A DNA stretch of 64,000 bases from a candidate division WOR-3 bacterium. Its GTDB lineage: Bacteria; Hydrothermota; 32-111. Below the pieces are notes generated by a model that ran no database searches, was not told the DNA's origin, and saw only the letters and a program-made list of their open reading frames with translations. The translations under genes and the position numbers were made by a program. The stretch is taken from NCBI GenBank assembly GCA_037481815.1, contig JBBFKX010000001.1:288001-352000 (forward strand), read 5' to 3'. Shown in pieces: positions 1-9,804 of the stretch (the stretch's first letter is position 1; each line of letters begins with the position of its first letter).

Positions 1-875
1 TTGTTTACAGTTGTAAAATAATCCCCTACTTCATCAAGTTTTGCAAATTTACTGAAAAAGATTTCTTGATATCTGAAATATGAAAAAATAAAGACAAAAA
101 CTAACAAGAAAAAAGTAAAAATTGTTCTTCTTGAAAAAATAAAGTTTTGATATTTTGAAGAGTAAAATAGAAAAGAAAATGAATAACCCAAAAATAATGC
201 AATCATCCCTGAATGGAATGCACTTGCCAATCCAACAAAAAATATCGAATAAAACATATATTTGTTTTTATTAGTCAAAAACCATAACGTAAAATAATAT
301 AAAGATATAGTTGCTAAAAAAGTAATGATACTTTCTCTCAAAAAAATCCCAGACATTATCAAAGAGTTTGGGAATACAGAAATTATTGCAATTGGCACTA
401 ATTTTATCTTATCATCCAAATCGAGTAAATCAAGTATTTTAAAAGCAAGGATAATTATATTTAATCCAAACATTACATTCAAGTATTGACCAATTATTCT
501 TTGCGTTCCAATAAAAATAAACATTACTCCATTTATAAATGAATATAACCCTCCTCTTGTGAAAAAATCAGAAAAAGATTCATAATTTGATATTTGAACT
601 GCATAATAATAATACATTTCACTGTCAGCACCTGAGTTTGGTAAATTAAAAAATTCGTTTAAGTAAATATCCCAGAACATTATAAAAACTCTTAGAATAA
701 AACCTAAAATAAATAAATATTTCAATTTTGTTTTATATTGTAAAAGGATAAAAATTGTTAATATAGAATGAATAAAAACGAAAAATAACGAAGAAAATTC
801 AAAATCAACAATAAATGGTTTGAGAATTGCTAAAACAACTATTTGTAATAAAAATAAAATCCAAATTTTTCTCAT
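1..875 (-). CDS. Polytopic membrane protein, probable Wzy-like polysaccharide polymerase / GT-C type (partial, runs off the left edge)
   Basis: Not in the ORF track. ATG at 875 overlaps the TGA of the upstream GT (ATGA). Manual translation MRKIWILFLLQIVVLAILKPF...NSGADSEMYYYYA...FPNSLIMSGIFLRES...AFHSG is open to the edge with many hydrophobic segments, and the gene lies in an EPS operon. Confidence 0.7.
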   Translation of the reverse strand, partial: MRKIWILFLLQIVVLAILKPFIVDFEFSSLFFVFIHSILTIFILLQYKTKLKYLFILGFILRVFIMFWDIYLNEFFNLPNSGADSEMYYYYAVQISNYESFSDFFTRGGLYSFINGVMFIFIGTQRIIGQYLNVMFGLNIIILAFKILDLLDLDDKIKLVPIAIISVFPNSLIMSGIFLRESIITFLATISLYYFTLWFLTNKNKYMFYSIFFVGLASAFHSGMIALFLGYSFSFLFYSSKYQNFIFSRRTIFTFFLLVFVFIFSYFRYQEIFFSKFAKLDEVGDYFTTVN

Positions 876-1969
876 TTTTTATTTACCAATTCTAAATAAA
901 AATTTTCAAGCCATTTTGTATTTTCTTTAATGTCGTATCCTGCTTTTCTTATCTCTTCACTCCGATCTTTTCTTTCATAATTTAACGAATTTGCAATATG
1001 TTCAGCCCAATATTTCGCACTTTTTTCAAGAGGTAAAAAATCTACAAGATCTGTTATTTTTACTTCTTTCGTTATTCTATCTGAAATTATACATTTTAAT
1101 CCATTATTCTGTGCTTCAATTAATGTTACCGGTAATCCTTCAAACAATGAGGGAAAAACAAAAAAATCAAAAGAATTTAAAATATTGTAAACATCTTCTC
1201 TAACACCTAATAATATTACCTTTTCATCCAACTTTGACTGTTTGATTTTACTTTTAATTTTTTCTTTCAGGTGCCCATCCCCAACCAAAATTAAAACAGA
1301 GTCCTTTCTTTTTTTTTGGAACTCAAAAAAAACATCTATTAAAAATGAATGATTCTTTGGTTCATAAATACTTCCAACATGGCCCATAACTATTTTATTT
1401 TGAATGTTTAATTCTTTTCTATATTGTTTTCTTATTTCTGGATTAAAACTAAAATTTTTTGTGTCAATTCCATTATTAAAAATTAAAAAATCATCTTTAT
1501 TAAAAATAAATTCGCCTGCTTTTTTTGAACAAGCCAGTTTATAAACATTATATTTCTTTATTTTTTCTAATAATTTTTTTTGATAAAATCCTTTAAACCC
1601 TTCTATAAATGTACTTGTATGAGAATGAACAATTATTTTTGAATTTGTACTTTTCAATATTGAATAAGTTATTGGCATCATCGTAAAAAAATGAAAATGT
1701 ATTATTTCCCATTCATTTTCCTTTAATAATTTTTGGAAACTTTTAACATACTGGAAATGATTATATATCTTATACCTTGGAACTCTAAAAATTCTTCCTC
1801 CCAAAGATAGAATTTCATCATCATAAGCACATTTATCCTGGGTATGCACTAAAAAATCAAATTGTATTTTATTTCTATCAATATTCCTATAAATATTCAT
1901 TATTAATGTTTCAGCTCCTCCTCTATCCATTCTTCCAAAAACTTGCAATATTTTTATCGGTTTGTTCAT
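872..1969 (-). CDS. Glycosyltransferase, GT4 (EpsF-like)
   Basis: MDRGGAET N-terminus, HSH motif, KNH, FVFPSLFEGLPVTLIEAQ (EX7E). Confidence 0.9.
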   Translation of the reverse strand: MNKPIKILQVFGRMDRGGAETLIMNIYRNIDRNKIQFDFLVHTQDKCAYDDEILSLGGRIFRVPRYKIYNHFQYVKSFQKLLKENEWEIIHFHFFTMMPITYSILKSTNSKIIVHSHTSTFIEGFKGFYQKKLLEKIKKYNVYKLACSKKAGEFIFNKDDFLIFNNGIDTKNFSFNPEIRKQYRKELNIQNKIVMGHVGSIYEPKNHSFLIDVFFEFQKKRKDSVLILVGDGHLKEKIKSKIKQSKLDEKVILLGVREDVYNILNSFDFFVFPSLFEGLPVTLIEAQNNGLKCIISDRITKEVKITDLVDFLPLEKSAKYWAEHIANSLNYERKDRSEEIRKAGYDIKENTKWLENFYLELVNKK

Positions 1970-3840
1970 AATATATTATTCATCCACTTTTGAAAAACAT
2001 ACAATACCCAGAGTTCACTGCTCCTATCTTTTTTCATAGTTAAATGTTCTTTTATTATATCATTTACATAGTTAGAATTAAATATGCCAACTTCATCAAT
2101 TCTTTTTTTACTCAGTTCCTTTAAAAGGTCTTCTTTTAACTCATTTCTAAACCATTTCCCTATTGGAACAGCAAATCCTTTTTTACTCGCTTTTAAAAGT
2201 TTTTTTGGAATCAAATCAGAAAAAGTATCTTTTAGTATTATCTTTCTTTCTTTCCCGGATATTTTGTAATCTATGGGAATCCTTATAGAAAACTCTACAA
2301 TATCTTTATGCAACATTGGAACTCTTGTTTCAAGAGAATTCATCATGCTTGCTCTATCAACTTTTGTTAACATATCACCTTCTAAAACAATTTTGAAATC
2401 TGTATAAAAAGTTTGATTCTGTTCATTAGTTTTATTTTTGAATTTGTTGTAATAATCATCTATCAAGTTTAATGATTCACTATGGTAATAATTTTTGTTT
2501 AATAGTTTTACTATTTCACCACTCTTAAATCCCAAACACATTAAATTTTTTCTTTGAGTAAACAAATCGTAATCTGCATTATCAATAACTTTTCTAATTT
2601 TGTGTGATAAATATGTTTTATCTGGTAAAGAATAGATTGCTTTTTTCAAAAGAGTTCTTAAAGGTAAAGGTATTTTTTTATATTTATCAGTATAATATCC
2701 AATTAAATATTTATTGTATCCTCCAAAAATCTCATCTCCACCATCTCCAGTTAAAACAACTTTTACATATTTTGAAGCATATTTGGAAATCATATAAGTT
2801 GGAATCAAAGATGAGTCAGCGAATGGTTCATCAATGTAATCGAAAATGTTGTTTATCTCATCTAAAAAATCGTTTACTCTCAGATATACAAGATGGTGAT
2901 TTACTCCGTATTTTTCAGCAGATAATTTTGCTCTTTCACTTTCGTCAAACTCCTTTTCTTTATACCCAATTGTAAAAGAATCAATTTTTTTCTTACTGAT
3001 TTTAGAAGCTATTCCAGTAATAATACTTGAATCAATTCCACCACTCAAAAATGTTCCAACAGGAACATCTGAGACCATCGTCTCTTCAATTACTCTATAA
3101 AATATCTCTTTTAATTCTTTTTTACATTTTTCATAATCTTTAATTTCAGGTTCATTAAAATCTATATCCCAATATATGTTATTTTTAATATCTACTGAAT
3201 TATTTACAACTAAATATGAACCAGGCAATAATTTTTTAACATCTACAAATATTGAATTCGGGGAAGGGATATAAGTTAACTGTAAATATTGATTAAGTGC
3301 TTCTTTATCTATTTCTTTTTTAATTAAATTTGATGCTAACAACCCCTTCATTTCAGAAGAAAAAATGAAATATTTCTCATCTTTGAAATAATATAATGGT
3401 TTTTCACCTGCCCGATCTCTTGCAAGAACAAGTTGACTATTTTTTAAATCATAGATTGCAATAGCAAACATTCCATTTAATTTGTTGAATGAATCTACTC
3501 CATATTCTTCATAAAGATGTAAAACAACTTCAGTATCTGAATTTGTTGAAAATTTATGTCCTATTGACAAAAGATGTTCTTTTAACTTTTTATAATTATA
3601 GATTTCTCCATTCATTATAATCAATAGAGTCCTATTCTCATTGAATATCGGTTGTTTTCCTTTTTGCAGATCTATTATCGATAATCTTCTCATTCCAAGT
3701 GCAACATTTTTATCAACAAAAACTCCATCATCATCAGGACCTCTTTTAATTATCGATTTGTTCATTACATTGATCAATTGCTTTAAATTATTACTATCCA
3801 AGTGTTCAGAAAAATCTATTATTCCGTTGATCCCGCACAT
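1966..3840 (-). CDS. asnB: Asparagine synthase (glutamine-hydrolysing) family amidotransferase, probably amidates polysaccharide carboxyls
   Basis: MCGI (catalytic Cys), RGPD, RRLSIIDL, NGEIYN, LSGGIDSS, TGDGGDE, KVDRASM. Confidence 0.92.
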   Translation of the reverse strand: MCGINGIIDFSEHLDSNNLKQLINVMNKSIIKRGPDDDGVFVDKNVALGMRRLSIIDLQKGKQPIFNENRTLLIIMNGEIYNYKKLKEHLLSIGHKFSTNSDTEVVLHLYEEYGVDSFNKLNGMFAIAIYDLKNSQLVLARDRAGEKPLYYFKDEKYFIFSSEMKGLLASNLIKKEIDKEALNQYLQLTYIPSPNSIFVDVKKLLPGSYLVVNNSVDIKNNIYWDIDFNEPEIKDYEKCKKELKEIFYRVIEETMVSDVPVGTFLSGGIDSSIITGIASKISKKKIDSFTIGYKEKEFDESERAKLSAEKYGVNHHLVYLRVNDFLDEINNIFDYIDEPFADSSLIPTYMISKYASKYVKVVLTGDGGDEIFGGYNKYLIGYYTDKYKKIPLPLRTLLKKAIYSLPDKTYLSHKIRKVIDNADYDLFTQRKNLMCLGFKSGEIVKLLNKNYYHSESLNLIDDYYNKFKNKTNEQNQTFYTDFKIVLEGDMLTKVDRASMMNSLETRVPMLHKDIVEFSIRIPIDYKISGKERKIILKDTFSDLIPKKLLKASKKGFAVPIGKWFRNELKEDLLKELSKKRIDEVGIFNSNYVNDIIKEHLTMKKDRSSELWVLYVFQKWMNNIL

Positions 3841-3841
3841 T

Positions 3842-4945
3842 TTATATTCCCATTATTTTTAACATTGAACTGTTTATCTTTTTCACATCAAATTTTTCGA
3901 CACAAAGATTATATGAATTTCTTCCCATATTTTCAATTTCATTTCTGTTTTTTATAAAAAATTCTATCTTTTCAACAAGTTTTTCAATATCGTTTAAGGG
4001 AACTAAAAAACCATTGTATCCATCTATCACTGTTTGTCTACACCCAGGAACATCTGTTGTGATTATTGGTCTTGCACATGCCATAGCTTCAAGCACCGTT
4101 CTTGGAATTCCCTCTCTAAAAGAAGTCAAAACATATACTGATGTTTTTTTATAATAATCTATCACATTTTCAGTTTCACCATAAAGTTCTACAAAACCAT
4201 TATCAACATAACACATTATATCTCTCTCTGCTATAGCATCAGGCATTTTTTCCATTTTTCCAAGAAGCATACATCTAACATCAGGATACTTTTCCTTTAT
4301 CCTTTTACATCCTTCAAGATATTGCATCACACCTTTACTTTTCAACAATCTTGAAAGCATAAAAAAGGTGATTTTATCTGGATAAGGCAAAGGTTTAAAT
4401 TTTTCTAAATTGACTCCTGATCCTTCAGCCAACACACATTTTTCTTTTGAAACTGTTTTCATTTTTACAAATTCATTTAGATCATCTTCATTAAAGAAAA
4501 TAACTTTCCTTGAAATTTTAAATGCTATTTTATAAAGGTTTTTAACGATCAAATTCAAAATTTTTGCTTTAAAACTTTTTGATATGAATACATATCCTGA
4601 TCCGGTGACCATTGAATAGAATTCGTTAGAACTTGAAAATTTTGAAGCAATTGAACCATAAACTATTGGCTTTATAGTATAAGCAAGAATTTTGTCAGGT
4701 TTTATTTCTTTTATATATCTAATAAGACCGAAGGTATATTTTATATCCTCAATAAAATTCAGTCCATGTTTTGTCATTGGAATCAATCTGTATTCAACTG
4801 CCAACTCTTTTATTTTTTCAATATTATCTTCATTCGGGATAGTTACATACACTTTATAACCTTTTTTTTGTAGATCTTTTATCAAATCCCCTCTAAAATT
4901 ATATACAGTTCGATTTTTTGGTGATATCAACAAAAACTTTTTCAT
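3842..4945 (-). CDS. Glycosyltransferase, GT4 (CapM/PglA-like)
   Basis: NFRGDLI, YTIKP, GSGV, SFREGIPRTVLEAMA, TDVPGCRQ. Confidence 0.9.
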   Translation of the reverse strand: MKKFLLISPKNRTVYNFRGDLIKDLQKKGYKVYVTIPNEDNIEKIKELAVEYRLIPMTKHGLNFIEDIKYTFGLIRYIKEIKPDKILAYTIKPIVYGSIASKFSSSNEFYSMVTGSGYVFISKSFKAKILNLIVKNLYKIAFKISRKVIFFNEDDLNEFVKMKTVSKEKCVLAEGSGVNLEKFKPLPYPDKITFFMLSRLLKSKGVMQYLEGCKRIKEKYPDVRCMLLGKMEKMPDAIAERDIMCYVDNGFVELYGETENVIDYYKKTSVYVLTSFREGIPRTVLEAMACARPIITTDVPGCRQTVIDGYNGFLVPLNDIEKLVEKIEFFIKNRNEIENMGRNSYNLCVEKFDVKKINSSMLKIMGI

Positions 4946-5853
4946 CTTTTTCTTTTTAACGTCTTTAAATTTTGGTAGATTAAGTTAAACAACCTTTCAT
5001 TTGTTTTTTCTGAGACAAAACTGTTATGTGGTGTTATCAAAACATTTTCAAAATCCCATAAAGGACTGTTTTTATTGAGTGGTTCTTGTTCAAAAACATC
5101 AAGATAAATCCCTTTAAATTTATTTTTTTTCAAAAGTTTTGTCAAATCTTTTTCTACAACTATTTCACCTCTTGATATGTTGATTAAAACACAGCCATCT
5201 TTTAAAAGATTCATCCTTTCATAATCGATTAGACCTTTTGTTGTTTCATTTAAAGGTAAAGACAAAATTAAAACATCAATATTTTTTAAAAAGTTATTTA
5301 ATTCGTCAAAACAGTAGAATTTTTCAATAAGATTATTTATACTCTTTTTTATATCACAAACAAAAATCCTAACACCAAAAGGTTTTAATCTTTTTGCAAT
5401 CTCTTTTCCAATATCTCCAAAACCAAGAATACCAATATTTTTATCACTTAATTCTTCGAGATCCCTTATCTTTTCCCATTTATGTTTTGTTTGTGCTTTT
5501 TCAAACTTTCTTGATTTTTTATAAATTTCAAGAATTTTTAAAATTACCATTTCTGCAATCGGAATTGAGTAAACACCTTTTGCATTAAAAATCTTTATTC
5601 TTTTCTTTTTTATATATTCAAGTGGAACTCTATCAAAACCTGCACTTGTAAGTTGAATGAATTTCAAGTTTTTAAAATTCTCTATATCATTGTAAAGGAA
5701 AAGGCTATTACAAATGACTCCTTCAATATTGAATAAAGAGTCAGGTAAAATTTCATTCTCATTTTGATGAAAAACTAAGTCAAATCCAAGTTTTTTTAGT
5801 TTTGATCTCTGTTCTTCATCAATTTTTAATGCACCTGTTATAAGAAGTTTCAT
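4942..5853 (-). CDS. D-isomer-specific 2-hydroxyacid dehydrogenase family protein
   Basis: SAGFD, GFGDIG Rossmann motif, NISRG, LDVFEQEPL, ITPHN. Confidence 0.88.
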   Translation of the reverse strand: MKLLITGALKIDEEQRSKLKKLGFDLVFHQNENEILPDSLFNIEGVICNSLFLYNDIENFKNLKFIQLTSAGFDRVPLEYIKKKRIKIFNAKGVYSIPIAEMVILKILEIYKKSRKFEKAQTKHKWEKIRDLEELSDKNIGILGFGDIGKEIAKRLKPFGVRIFVCDIKKSINNLIEKFYCFDELNNFLKNIDVLILSLPLNETTKGLIDYERMNLLKDGCVLINISRGEIVVEKDLTKLLKKNKFKGIYLDVFEQEPLNKNSPLWDFENVLITPHNSFVSEKTNERLFNLIYQNLKTLKRKR

Positions 5854-5855
5854 TT

Positions 5856-7445
5856 TTAAAAAGGCAAAGAACTGTTAATTGTAAAATATACATTAGCAAG
5901 AAATTTTCTAAACCTTGTTTCATTTAAATTGATTATCCTTAAATTCAGATCATAAAGTTCTTTATTCATATATTTTGTCATATCGAGGTGAACCTTATCT
6001 GAAATTCTATCTTTTATATCTGTTCTTAATAAAATATCCAAAAATTTTCTGTTATTGTAAGGAATCGTTATGTCAAAGCAGAATTTCATAACACCTATAT
6101 TGAGCCCACACTTACCTCCATGCATCATTTCCCATACAAAGAAATCACTTTCATCATAGTTGAAAATATGTTCTTTTAATTCTGTTTTCTCAATGTATTC
6201 TTTATAATGGCTATCTGTTTCCCATAAAAGTTTTCTATTTAGAAAAAATAACTTGTATAATGACGAATAATGTCTTGGTTTTAAATTTTTTGGGAATTTT
6301 GTTCTTCCAAAATATTTATAAGCATAACCTCTAAAAGTTTCAGCAATCCAGTTTTTCACTTCAACATCATATTCAAAATTTTTCATAAGATATATTTTTT
6401 TTCTTATGTCGTTATCTTTATTCCCACCGATTTCTCCATCATTGTGTATCAAAATCATTTTGTAAATTTCAAAATCTTCTATTTCATCATTTTTATCTGG
6501 AACTTTATATATCGAATGTTTTACATTAAATTTTTTTGATTTAATTTGAGCAGTTTCTGCATCAACTTTTTCTCTATGCATTGAAATATAACTGAACACA
6601 GCATATCTATCATACAAACCATTCGCAGCTGCAAATGTTGTTTGACTATCAAGACCGCCTGTTAATGAGATAGCAGGTTTTTCCCACTTTTTTAATATAA
6701 GTTTCATATTATTTTTCATTAACTCTGACGCTTGAACTATAACTTCATTATATTCCTTTTCATTTTTCACATAATCAAGAGGTTTTTCAGGGTAAAATCT
6801 TTTTATCACAAAAGAATCTTTTTTATATGTTACAATCGTATTAGGTATTATTCTTTTGAATTCTTTAAAAGGTGTCAAGTCTCCAGGTAAATAATTTCCC
6901 ATCATATATTGATACCATCTATAGTTTATCAATCTATTTACATAATCCAAATATTCAAGGTTAAGAATATCGTTTACAAGTTGAATATGTGAGGAAATAT
7001 ATATATCTTTATCATATTTCCCATAACATCCATACTGCATTCCAGAAGCATCAAGCAAAAAATCTATTTGTTCTCCATCGGTTTTCCCGACTAAAAAAAT
7101 ACCTGTAAGTTCATTGATTTTATCTATAAAATTATCTCTATTTTTTTCATCTTGATTTGCAAGATCATTTAGGATTTTATTTTCATCATGCTCCATTGTT
7201 ATTGGATTGTAAGCATGTCCTATCAAAAAATAATTTTTGTTTTTTGATTCATAGGTATAAAATGGGACATTTTTGTAAATCCAAAAAAATAGATTTTTAA
7301 TTTTCTTTAATTCAAAATTTGAATAGAATGGAAAAGAATCTTTTTTTTCGGATAAATCTTTTGTAGTTATTAAAAATCCTTTAATGAATAAATATTTTTG
7401 TAAATCTTTTCTTTGATCCAAAATACTTTTTAATCTTTCATTCAT
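5856..7445 (-). CDS. Divergent asparagine-synthetase-like (PP-loop) protein
   Basis: SLTGGLDS PP-loop and PYNNR motif. No N-terminal Cys. Start moved to ATG 7445 (MNERL) because GGAGG lies just upstream. Confidence 0.6.
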   Translation of the reverse strand: MNERLKSILDQRKDLQKYLFIKGFLITTKDLSEKKDSFPFYSNFELKKIKNLFFWIYKNVPFYTYESKNKNYFLIGHAYNPITMEHDENKILNDLANQDEKNRDNFIDKINELTGIFLVGKTDGEQIDFLLDASGMQYGCYGKYDKDIYISSHIQLVNDILNLEYLDYVNRLINYRWYQYMMGNYLPGDLTPFKEFKRIIPNTIVTYKKDSFVIKRFYPEKPLDYVKNEKEYNEVIVQASELMKNNMKLILKKWEKPAISLTGGLDSQTTFAAANGLYDRYAVFSYISMHREKVDAETAQIKSKKFNVKHSIYKVPDKNDEIEDFEIYKMILIHNDGEIGGNKDNDIRKKIYLMKNFEYDVEVKNWIAETFRGYAYKYFGRTKFPKNLKPRHYSSLYKLFFLNRKLLWETDSHYKEYIEKTELKEHIFNYDESDFFVWEMMHGGKCGLNIGVMKFCFDITIPYNNRKFLDILLRTDIKDRISDKVHLDMTKYMNKELYDLNLRIINLNETRFRKFLANVYFTINSSLPF

Positions 7446-8259
7446 TTTTACCTCCAACAATATTTTTAATAATTTTTTTGACTTTCATTTTATTTTCAAT
7501 AAAAAATTGATTATCTTTACCTATTAAAAATTTTTCATAATCTCTTATCTTTTTTATTTCATCTTTAAAAATTTTATCTATAAGGTTGATTTCCTTTGTT
7601 TTAATTACATCACAAAAACTCCTTGAAAGTATTGCCATTGTTGAACCCAACCTGTAATGTTCGGTTATAACATATTCAGCAGGTAAAGTTCCTTTACCAA
7701 TACAGGCGATTCCACCAAATCCAAACTCCTTTTTTACACTTTTTATCTTTGATGTTATCTCATCAACAATACCGTATGCGAGTGGTTCAAACATAAATTT
7801 ATAACCATAGCCAAGAGATAGATCATTTAAACCGATATAATAATAATCAATTTCGTTAATTTTTATAAGTTCATCTATAATATTTACAGATTCTGGTGTT
7901 TCGAGAAGAAGAATCGTTTTAATATTAGAATCAACAATCTTTAAAAATTCCTCAACCTCTTTGATTGTCTTAAAATATGGAAGCATTATTATGTCTGCCC
8001 CATTTTCAATTATTCTGGAAATTTCATCTTTACTTTCATTATTTATAGGGTTTGTTCTGACAAGGATTTTTGACTTCGTTAAAATATTTTTTAGTTTTTT
8101 AACATCGTTAATATTATGGTTGGAAATCACTGTATCTTTTCCTTTCTGTCTTTCTTTTTTCCCCAAAATCTCAAGATCAACAAATATCCACTCAACACCA
8201 TTTTTTTCTGCTATTTTTGCAACTTCTTCGTTATTTGTGATATATAAAAATCTTAACAC
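7438..8259 (-). CDS. HpcH/HpaI aldolase / citrate lyase family protein
   Basis: FVDLE, VRTNP, GADIIMLP, LLET, IGLNDL. GTG start. Confidence 0.8.
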   Translation of the reverse strand: MLRFLYITNNEEVAKIAEKNGVEWIFVDLEILGKKERQKGKDTVISNHNINDVKKLKNILTKSKILVRTNPINNESKDEISRIIENGADIIMLPYFKTIKEVEEFLKIVDSNIKTILLLETPESVNIIDELIKINEIDYYYIGLNDLSLGYGYKFMFEPLAYGIVDEITSKIKSVKKEFGFGGIACIGKGTLPAEYVITEHYRLGSTMAILSRSFCDVIKTKEINLIDKIFKDEIKKIRDYEKFLIGKDNQFFIENKMKVKKIIKNIVGGKNE

Positions 8260-8270
8260 AAAAATCCTTT

Positions 8271-8864
8271 TTATACTGTTTTATTTACATTAAGATTATC
8301 TTTCATCAATAAAACATTTAAAATAGTTTGCATCAATATTTTAAAATCTAAAATTAAAGAAAGATTTTCAACATAGTAAATATCATATTCAAATCTTTTG
8401 TTCCAATCGATCTCTTTTCTCCCTTTAATTTGAGCGAGACCTGTTATCCCCGGTTTTACCTCAAATCTTTTCCTTTGAATTTTGTTATATTCTTCAAACC
8501 TAAAAGGATGATATGTCAATACAGGTCTTGGCCCAATAAAAGACATTTCTCCTTTTAAAATATTTACAAGTTGTGGTAATTCATCAAGTGATGTTTTTCT
8601 TAAAAATTTTCCAACCTTTGTAATTCTCTTATCATTTTTAAACTCATAAACTCCACCCTTTTCTGCACCCACTACCATAGTTCTAAATTTTATCATTTTA
8701 AAAACATTCCCTTTTTCACCTATTCTATCCTGCAAAAAAAATATTGGTTTTTTCGAATCGATCAGGATCAAAACTGAAATGATTATTAACAATGGAAAAA
8801 GCAAAATCAAAAGTATCACTGAAAAGAAAATATCTAATCCCCTTTTTATCCTTCTATACCCCAT
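8271..8864 (-). CDS. Priming sugar (phosphoglycosyl) transferase, PglC/EpsL-like
   Basis: KRGLD, FLQDRIG, KFRTM, LRKTSLDELPQL, GEMSFIGPRP, KPGITGLAQ. Confidence 0.92.
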   Translation of the reverse strand: MGYRRIKRGLDIFFSVILLILLFPLLIIISVLILIDSKKPIFFLQDRIGEKGNVFKMIKFRTMVVGAEKGGVYEFKNDKRITKVGKFLRKTSLDELPQLVNILKGEMSFIGPRPVLTYHPFRFEEYNKIQRKRFEVKPGITGLAQIKGRKEIDWNKRFEYDIYYVENLSLILDFKILMQTILNVLLMKDNLNVNKTV

Positions 8865-8953
8865 TCAAACACCTGTTTATTAAAAATTGATTCCATAATT
8901 ATTTAAAAATAGCATAAATTTTTTTTGTTTATCTTTCCTATTTTTAAATTTTT

Positions 8954-8981
8954 ATTATACCAACAACCCCACACTTTTCAA
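8954..8981 (-). promoter_or_regulatory. Putative promoter of the EPS operon
   Basis: TTGAAA-N16-TATAAT with extended -10 (TGGTATAAT). Confidence 0.6.
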
Positions 8982-9240
8982 GTCAAACTTCAAATTTTAA
9001 ATCAAAAAAATAATAATTTTATAAAATTGGGGACGGTGCTTGACTTTTTGACATTTTTCTGTAAGTCATTTAAATAATATAAGTTATATACTTGTCAAAC
9101 CATATATTTTTTGTGAATTTTTAAACTATTTTTAAAATTTACCACATTAAAATTAGCAATTCTTTTACTACATTTTCTCCCCTTCTTTAAACTCTGAAAA
9201 ACTTTAAAGGATTCATATTTAATATCGATTAATCTTTTTG

Positions 9241-9268
9241 TTGACCTTTGAGAATTAGATAATATAAT
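9241..9268 (+). promoter_or_regulatory. Putative promoter of the flavin reductase gene
   Basis: TTGACC-N16-TATAAT, followed by an AAGGAG SD. Confidence 0.65.
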
Positions 9269-9285
9269 GAAAAAAAGGAGTTTGT

Positions 9286-9804
9286 ATGATTGGTGAAAAA
9301 TTTAAAAAAATAGATCCAAAAAATTTTACAAAAAACATTTTCAAACTTTGGGATGATGAGTGGGTTTTAATAACTGCTGGAAACAAAGATAAATTCAACT
9401 GCATGACAGCATCATGGGGCGGTTTTGGAATACTATGGAACAAACCGGTAACATTTATTTTTGTAAGACCTACAAGATACACTTATAATTTTACCGAAAC
9501 GAATGAATTCTTTACCTTAACCTCGTTCTATGAAAAAGATAGAGAAATATTGAATTTTTGTGGAAGATTTTCTGGAAGAGATCATGATAAAATTAAAGAA
9601 ACAGGACTAAAACCAATATTTATAAAAAATAACATCATTATCTATGAACAGGCAAAAATAGGAATCGTTTGTAGAAAAATCTACTTCGATGATTTAAAAG
9701 AAAAAAATTTTTTAGATGAAACCCTTTTGAAAAACTATCCGAAAAAAGATTTTCATAGATTGTATGTCGGAGAAATAAAAGATATATACATCAGAAATAG
9801 ATAG
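9286..9804 (+). CDS. Flavin reductase-like family protein
   Basis: LITAG, NCMTASWGG, VRPTRYT, GRFSGRD, HRLYVGEI. Confidence 0.85.
   Translation: MIGEKFKKIDPKNFTKNIFKLWDDEWVLITAGNKDKFNCMTASWGGFGILWNKPVTFIFVRPTRYTYNFTETNEFFTLTSFYEKDREILNFCGRFSGRDHDKIKETGLKPIFIKNNIIIYEQAKIGIVCRKIYFDDLKEKNFLDETLLKNYPKKDFHRLYVGEIKDIYIRNR

Noticed and set aside
8880..8915. 11-codon uORF (MLFLNNYGINF) in the EPS leader
   Set aside because: No properly spaced SD; expected by chance in AT-rich DNA.
9061..9088. dif/Xer site
   Set aside because: Only a loose dyad; it lacks a convincing TTATGTTAAAT XerD arm.
9160..9216. Minus-strand mini-ORFs (MNPLKFFRV; GGGGAG followed by ATG-TAG)
   Set aside because: Too short, with no promoter or homology support. 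Possibly decayed sequence.
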